Shown here piece by piece: positions 60,256 to 64,000 of a DNA stretch of 64,000 bases. This DNA is from Desulfomonilia bacterium (GTDB taxonomy: Bacteria > Desulfobacterota > Desulfomonilia > UBA1062). A program made the position numbers and the translations under genes. The stretch is taken from contig CAXXDQ010000007.1 in NCBI GenBank assembly GCA_963664325.2, positions 224,001 through 288,000 on the forward strand. The letters are read 5' to 3'. The stretch's first letter is position 1. Every line of letters begins with the position of its first letter. The notes under the pieces were generated by a model. That model had not been told where the DNA came from, did no database searches, and was given only the letters and a program-made list of their open reading frames with translations.

Positions 60256-61824
60256 ATGGACTATAAAGAACAGTCAAACGGGATAGATATCGGGGCATTG
60301 CTGGCGCCGGCAGTCATAATCATTACAGCCGCCGCACTTTTCATAAATATCGGCATCCCGTCACTTTGGGGCTCCGAAGGCCGCTGGGCTGTTATTGCAC
60401 GCTGCATGTTCAGGACCAATGACCTATTCCATCCGATGCTCGGCAATTACCCCTACTGGGACAAGCCCCTTTTATCATACTGGCAGGTCATCCCTTTCGG
60501 GTACATCTTCGGCGGCGTAAACGAGGCCGCCTCCCGCATGCCCTCGGTCATCTGGGCGGTTATCTGGCTAATTCTCACATATTCGACGGCATCGAGGCTT
60601 GCAGGAAAAAAAGCGGCATCTCTGTCAATGCTGGCGCTGGCATGCAGCTACGGGTTCATGTTCTGGGGCAGGAACGCGCAGGTCGAGATGTCCAATGCAG
60701 CCGTCATCATGCTGGCCATATGGTATTTCCTCAGGCACAAGGATGATCCTGGAAAGGTATGGTTCTTTGTCCTTGCAGTGATAACCTCTCTGGGCGCAAA
60801 CCTGAAAGGCCTGCCTGCAATTGGAGCGCCCGCACTGGCAATTCTTCTGGCCTCCCTTGTCATGAAGGACTGGAAATGGTTTCCCAAGCCTCATATCCTC
60901 TTTTCTGCGATAATTCTCGGACTTATTGTGTTTATTTCAATCCCTGCTCTGGCGACTGCCGTTACCGGTTCATGGGAGCCTCTCAACCTTGTCTGGAAAG
61001 AAAACGTGGTCAGGTTCTTTTCGCCCTTTGACCATAAAGACCCTTTTTATGTCTATTTCATAAGGATTTTCGACCTGTTCGCACCCTGGTCCATTCTACT
61101 TCCCGCAGCGTTAGTGTACATCTTCCGCAGGGAAAGATTTACAAGTGAGGGCATAAAAACCGTTCTGCTCTATTTCGCCGGGATATTCCTGTTCTTCACC
61201 TTATCGGGCTCACGCAGGTCATATTACATACTGCCCGCACTGCCCTTTGCAGCAATTGCTGTCGGCATTTTTCTTTCCGAAATTGAAAACGCCGTCACAT
61301 CCAGGGGCTATCGCATTTTCTTTATGATTTCAGGCCTCCTGTTCTCTTTATGCCTTATTGCGCCGGTCTTCATCCTAACAATAAAACCCGGTCTCATTCC
61401 TGTTGCAAACGTGAAGAGCCTCATGCCCGTTGCGGCAATGCTGTTTGTAATAGGCATATACACAGGCTTTTATTCCATCAGGATAAAGCCCGTACCTGTT
61501 CTGGCTGGAGTGCTCTCTGCCTGGATTATCTATGCGGCGGGTATAATTCCCTTTATCTCAGACCTGCCCGGAAACATACGTGCAGAGGCAAATATGCTTA
61601 AGAAAACTGAAAGGCAGGTCTCATACCTTTCAACGGACGACGCCAAGATAATCTTTTATCTGGACAAGCCTTACACGGTGTTTGCGGAAACAAGTCAGGC
61701 AAAGACATGGGCTCTGAATACGCACGGAATCATCCTGGCCCATGATGAAGTCAGGGAGCCCGGCTGGAATAAAATGTATGAAGTAGGCAAATGCATTGCC
61801 TACGAAATAGGAGACGAGAAATGA
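60256..61824 (+). CDS. ArnT-like glycosyltransferase
   Basis: SEGRWA.IAR.M, YWDKPLLSYW, NLKG, FDHKDPFY, SRRSYYILP. Confidence 0.87.
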   Translation: MDYKEQSNGIDIGALLAPAVIIITAAALFINIGIPSLWGSEGRWAVIARCMFRTNDLFHPMLGNYPYWDKPLLSYWQVIPFGYIFGGVNEAASRMPSVIWAVIWLILTYSTASRLAGKKAASLSMLALACSYGFMFWGRNAQVEMSNAAVIMLAIWYFLRHKDDPGKVWFFVLAVITSLGANLKGLPAIGAPALAILLASLVMKDWKWFPKPHILFSAIILGLIVFISIPALATAVTGSWEPLNLVWKENVVRFFSPFDHKDPFYVYFIRIFDLFAPWSILLPAALVYIFRRERFTSEGIKTVLLYFAGIFLFFTLSGSRRSYYILPALPFAAIAVGIFLSEIENAVTSRGYRIFFMISGLLFSLCLIAPVFILTIKPGLIPVANVKSLMPVAAMLFVIGIYTGFYSIRIKPVPVLAGVLSAWIIYAAGIIPFISDLPGNIRAEANMLKKTERQVSYLSTDDAKIIFYLDKPYTVFAETSQAKTWALNTHGIILAHDEVREPGWNKMYEVGKCIAYEIGDEK

Positions 61825-62942
61825 GTGAATTCATTCCCATGAGCAGGCCTTTCATAGGCGAAGAAGAAATCGATGAAGTAGCCAAAGTTCTCAGAAGCGG
61901 CTGGATTACGACAGGACCCAAGTGCAAGGAATTCGAGGATATATACGCATCTCTCACCGGAGCCAAAGAAGGGATCGCCCTTGTCTCGGCAACGGCCGGG
62001 ATGCACCTGAGCCTCAAAGCGCTAGGAATAGGTCCTGGAGACGAGGTCATCACGCCTTCCATGACGTTTGCCTCGACCGTAAACCAGATAGCTCTGGCAG
62101 GCGCGAAGCCGGTGTTTGCAGACTGCGATTATGACACGCTGATGGTAAAACCCCATGATATAGCACGGCTGATAACAAAAAAGACAAAAGCGATCATCCC
62201 GGTGCATTTTGCAGGAGCGCCGGCAGACATTGATGCCATTGAGGCCGCTGCCGGAAACATCCCGGTTATAGAAGACGCGGCGCATGCCATAGACACCCAT
62301 TACAAGGGCAGACATATAGGTTCGAAAAATCTGTCGATCTTTTCGTTCCATCCCATCAAGAACATAACAACGACTGAAGGCGGCATGATAACCGGAAACG
62401 ATGAAAAACTCATGAAGCGCATCAGGATATTGAGGTTCCACGGTATAGAGCGCGATGCATGGAAACGCTACGGTAAAGGTTCAGACCCTAACTATGACAT
62501 CGCGGAACCCGGCTATAAATACAATATGACCGACGTGCAGGCTGCCATAGGCATCGCCCAGATGAAGAAGCTTGATATAATAACCAGGAAACGTCAGGAC
62601 ATAGCAAAGGCTTATCTGTCAGGCATGAAAAACATCAAGGGCATTGACCTGCCCGGTGCTCCTCCATACGAGCACATGCATTCCTGGCACCTCTTTGTCG
62701 TAAAGGTGATCAAAATGAGCCGGGGCGAATTCATGGCTGCTCTCGCCGAGGAGAACATCGGCTACGGCCTTCATTTTCCCGCATGCCATACCCTTAAATA
62801 CGTCAAAGAATTGTTCGGCGAAACGAATCTGCCTGTTACGGAAGAGGTCTCGGAAAAAATCCTGAGTCTGCCGATATATCCATCCATGACGGATCAGGAG
62901 GTGACGAGCGTAATCGATGCAGTAAAAAGGATACTCGGGTGA
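61821..62942 (+). CDS. arnB: UDP-4-amino-4-deoxy-L-arabinose aminotransferase-like (DegT/DnrJ family)
   Basis: SGWITTGP, SATAGMHL, EDAAHA, FSFHPIKNITT.EGG, LRFHGI, PGYKYN; ArnT and ArnC context. Confidence 0.85.
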   Translation: MSEFIPMSRPFIGEEEIDEVAKVLRSGWITTGPKCKEFEDIYASLTGAKEGIALVSATAGMHLSLKALGIGPGDEVITPSMTFASTVNQIALAGAKPVFADCDYDTLMVKPHDIARLITKKTKAIIPVHFAGAPADIDAIEAAAGNIPVIEDAAHAIDTHYKGRHIGSKNLSIFSFHPIKNITTTEGGMITGNDEKLMKRIRILRFHGIERDAWKRYGKGSDPNYDIAEPGYKYNMTDVQAAIGIAQMKKLDIITRKRQDIAKAYLSGMKNIKGIDLPGAPPYEHMHSWHLFVVKVIKMSRGEFMAALAEENIGYGLHFPACHTLKYVKELFGETNLPVTEEVSEKILSLPIYPSMTDQEVTSVIDAVKRILG

Positions 62943-63868
62943 AGAAAGGGATTATCTTCACAGTAATCCTCGCTGTAATAGCTTTTACAACGATCGGAAT
63001 GTGGGGCGACGTACTGAAGGCCGGCAGCGGGCTCAAGAATTTTCCATGGTATCTGATACCGTTCATAGCCTTTTTCGGCTTTATGAACGATATGATCAAA
63101 TTCGGAAGGTGGCATATATATCTTAAGAAAATGGGCTATGAAATAACCCTGAAAGAGAGCCTTGTGATATTTGTTTCAGGCCTTTCAATGAGCGCAACTC
63201 CGGGCAAGATAGGCCTCTTGATAAAAAGCCAGATGCTTAAAAAATTATCCGGCCGGTCGTTCATCTCATCGACCCCGGTTATTGCAGCCGAACTCTATAT
63301 GGACATGATCGGTCTGAGCGTCATTTCACTCCTTGCGCTGGGCCTGTTTGCAAAAGGGATGTGGGCTGCAATCGTCCTCTGCATACTGCCGCTTCTGGCA
63401 TTAAATCAGAGGTTTTCCGATTTCTGCATAGACATGCTGGCTAAAATCCCGGCCTTAAGGAACAGGGCGCATGATCTCAAAAAGGCAGTTGACGACATGT
63501 TCGGACTCTTCGGGCTCAGAACATTACTAGCCTCATTCAGCATAACGCTACTTGCATGGACAAGCGAGGGAGTGGCTCTCACGCTTATTCTTGACGGCCT
63601 CGGTTATGACATGGGAATAATCAAATCAACCGCAGTATTCGGCTTTTCAACATTGATAGGTGTCGTTTCCATGCTGCCGGGAGGGCTTATCGTTACTGAT
63701 GCAGGCCTGATGGGGCTCATTATTCATGAAGGCATTCCTTCCGGGGCTGCCGCCGTTGCAACCATCATGGCAAGGGTGTTCACACTGTGGCTGGCGGTGG
63801 CAGTCGGAAGCATTGTGCTTGTGATAAACAGAAAATATATATACGGAAGTATCCGGGAGGCTCAATAA
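62939..63868 (+). CDS. Lysylphosphatidylglycerol synthase TM/flippase-like membrane protein
   Basis: RW..YL, TPGKIG, LPGGL..D motifs; GTG start. Confidence 0.8.
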   Translation: MKKGIIFTVILAVIAFTTIGMWGDVLKAGSGLKNFPWYLIPFIAFFGFMNDMIKFGRWHIYLKKMGYEITLKESLVIFVSGLSMSATPGKIGLLIKSQMLKKLSGRSFISSTPVIAAELYMDMIGLSVISLLALGLFAKGMWAAIVLCILPLLALNQRFSDFCIDMLAKIPALRNRAHDLKKAVDDMFGLFGLRTLLASFSITLLAWTSEGVALTLILDGLGYDMGIIKSTAVFGFSTLIGVVSMLPGGLIVTDAGLMGLIIHEGIPSGAAAVATIMARVFTLWLAVAVGSIVLVINRKYIYGSIREAQ

Positions 63869-63869
63869 A

Positions 63870-64000
63870 GTGGATAAAATATCAGTGGTTATTCCGGTCT
63901 ATAACGAGGAAAAAGGCCTTGGAATGCTTTTTGACAGGCTTGTGCCGGTAATGGAAGGCATGCACAGGGACTACGAGGTCGTACTTGTCGATGACGGGAG
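63870..64000 (+). CDS. GT2 polyprenol-phosphate glycosyltransferase (ArnC-like), partial
   Basis: GTG start, then DKISVVIPVYNEE..YEVVLVDDG; runs off the window. Confidence 0.85.
   Translation, partial: MDKISVVIPVYNEEKGLGMLFDRLVPVMEGMHRDYEVVLVDDG

Noticed and set aside
1-64000. CRISPR arrays, tRNA/rRNA genes, transposases, Sec/Pyl readthrough
   Set aside because: I saw no regularly spaced repeats, cloverleaf motifs, transposase ORFs or in-frame stop-split enzymes by eye; a tool-based scan could still find weak cases.

Overview
Bacterial chromosomal window whose gene order (rpsF-rpsR-DUF2232-rplI-dnaB; rpsB-tsf-pyrH-frr) and anaerobic enzyme content suggest a deltaproteobacterial (Desulfobacterota-like) anaerobe; the taxonomy is inferred. 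Housekeeping blocks (secA, pmbA, recN, nadK, rlmD, dnaB/ribosomal genes, rpsB-frr) flank a ~20 kb accessory catabolic region (13889-34169). Its most striking element is a co-oriented minus-strand module: a membrane protein, two FadL-like outer-membrane channels, a large lipoprotein with a BPI/TULIP-like segment, a TetR regulator, a GCVE-type glycyl radical enzyme with an extra SCP2-like N-terminal domain, and its activase. This is a candidate undescribed anaerobic lipid-uptake and radical-cleavage system. Divergent from it are two Tat-exported HisC-fold proteins that both lack the catalytic PLP lysine. The right half holds an Fe-S/rhodanese/activator cluster and a lipid A aminoarabinose-type locus with three ArnT paralogs. 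That locus is interrupted by a PI-PLC gene, a deleted nucleotidyltransferase pair and two tandem hairpin elements. I saw no tRNA, rRNA, CRISPR array or intact transposase. All family calls come from motif recognition by eye, not database searches.
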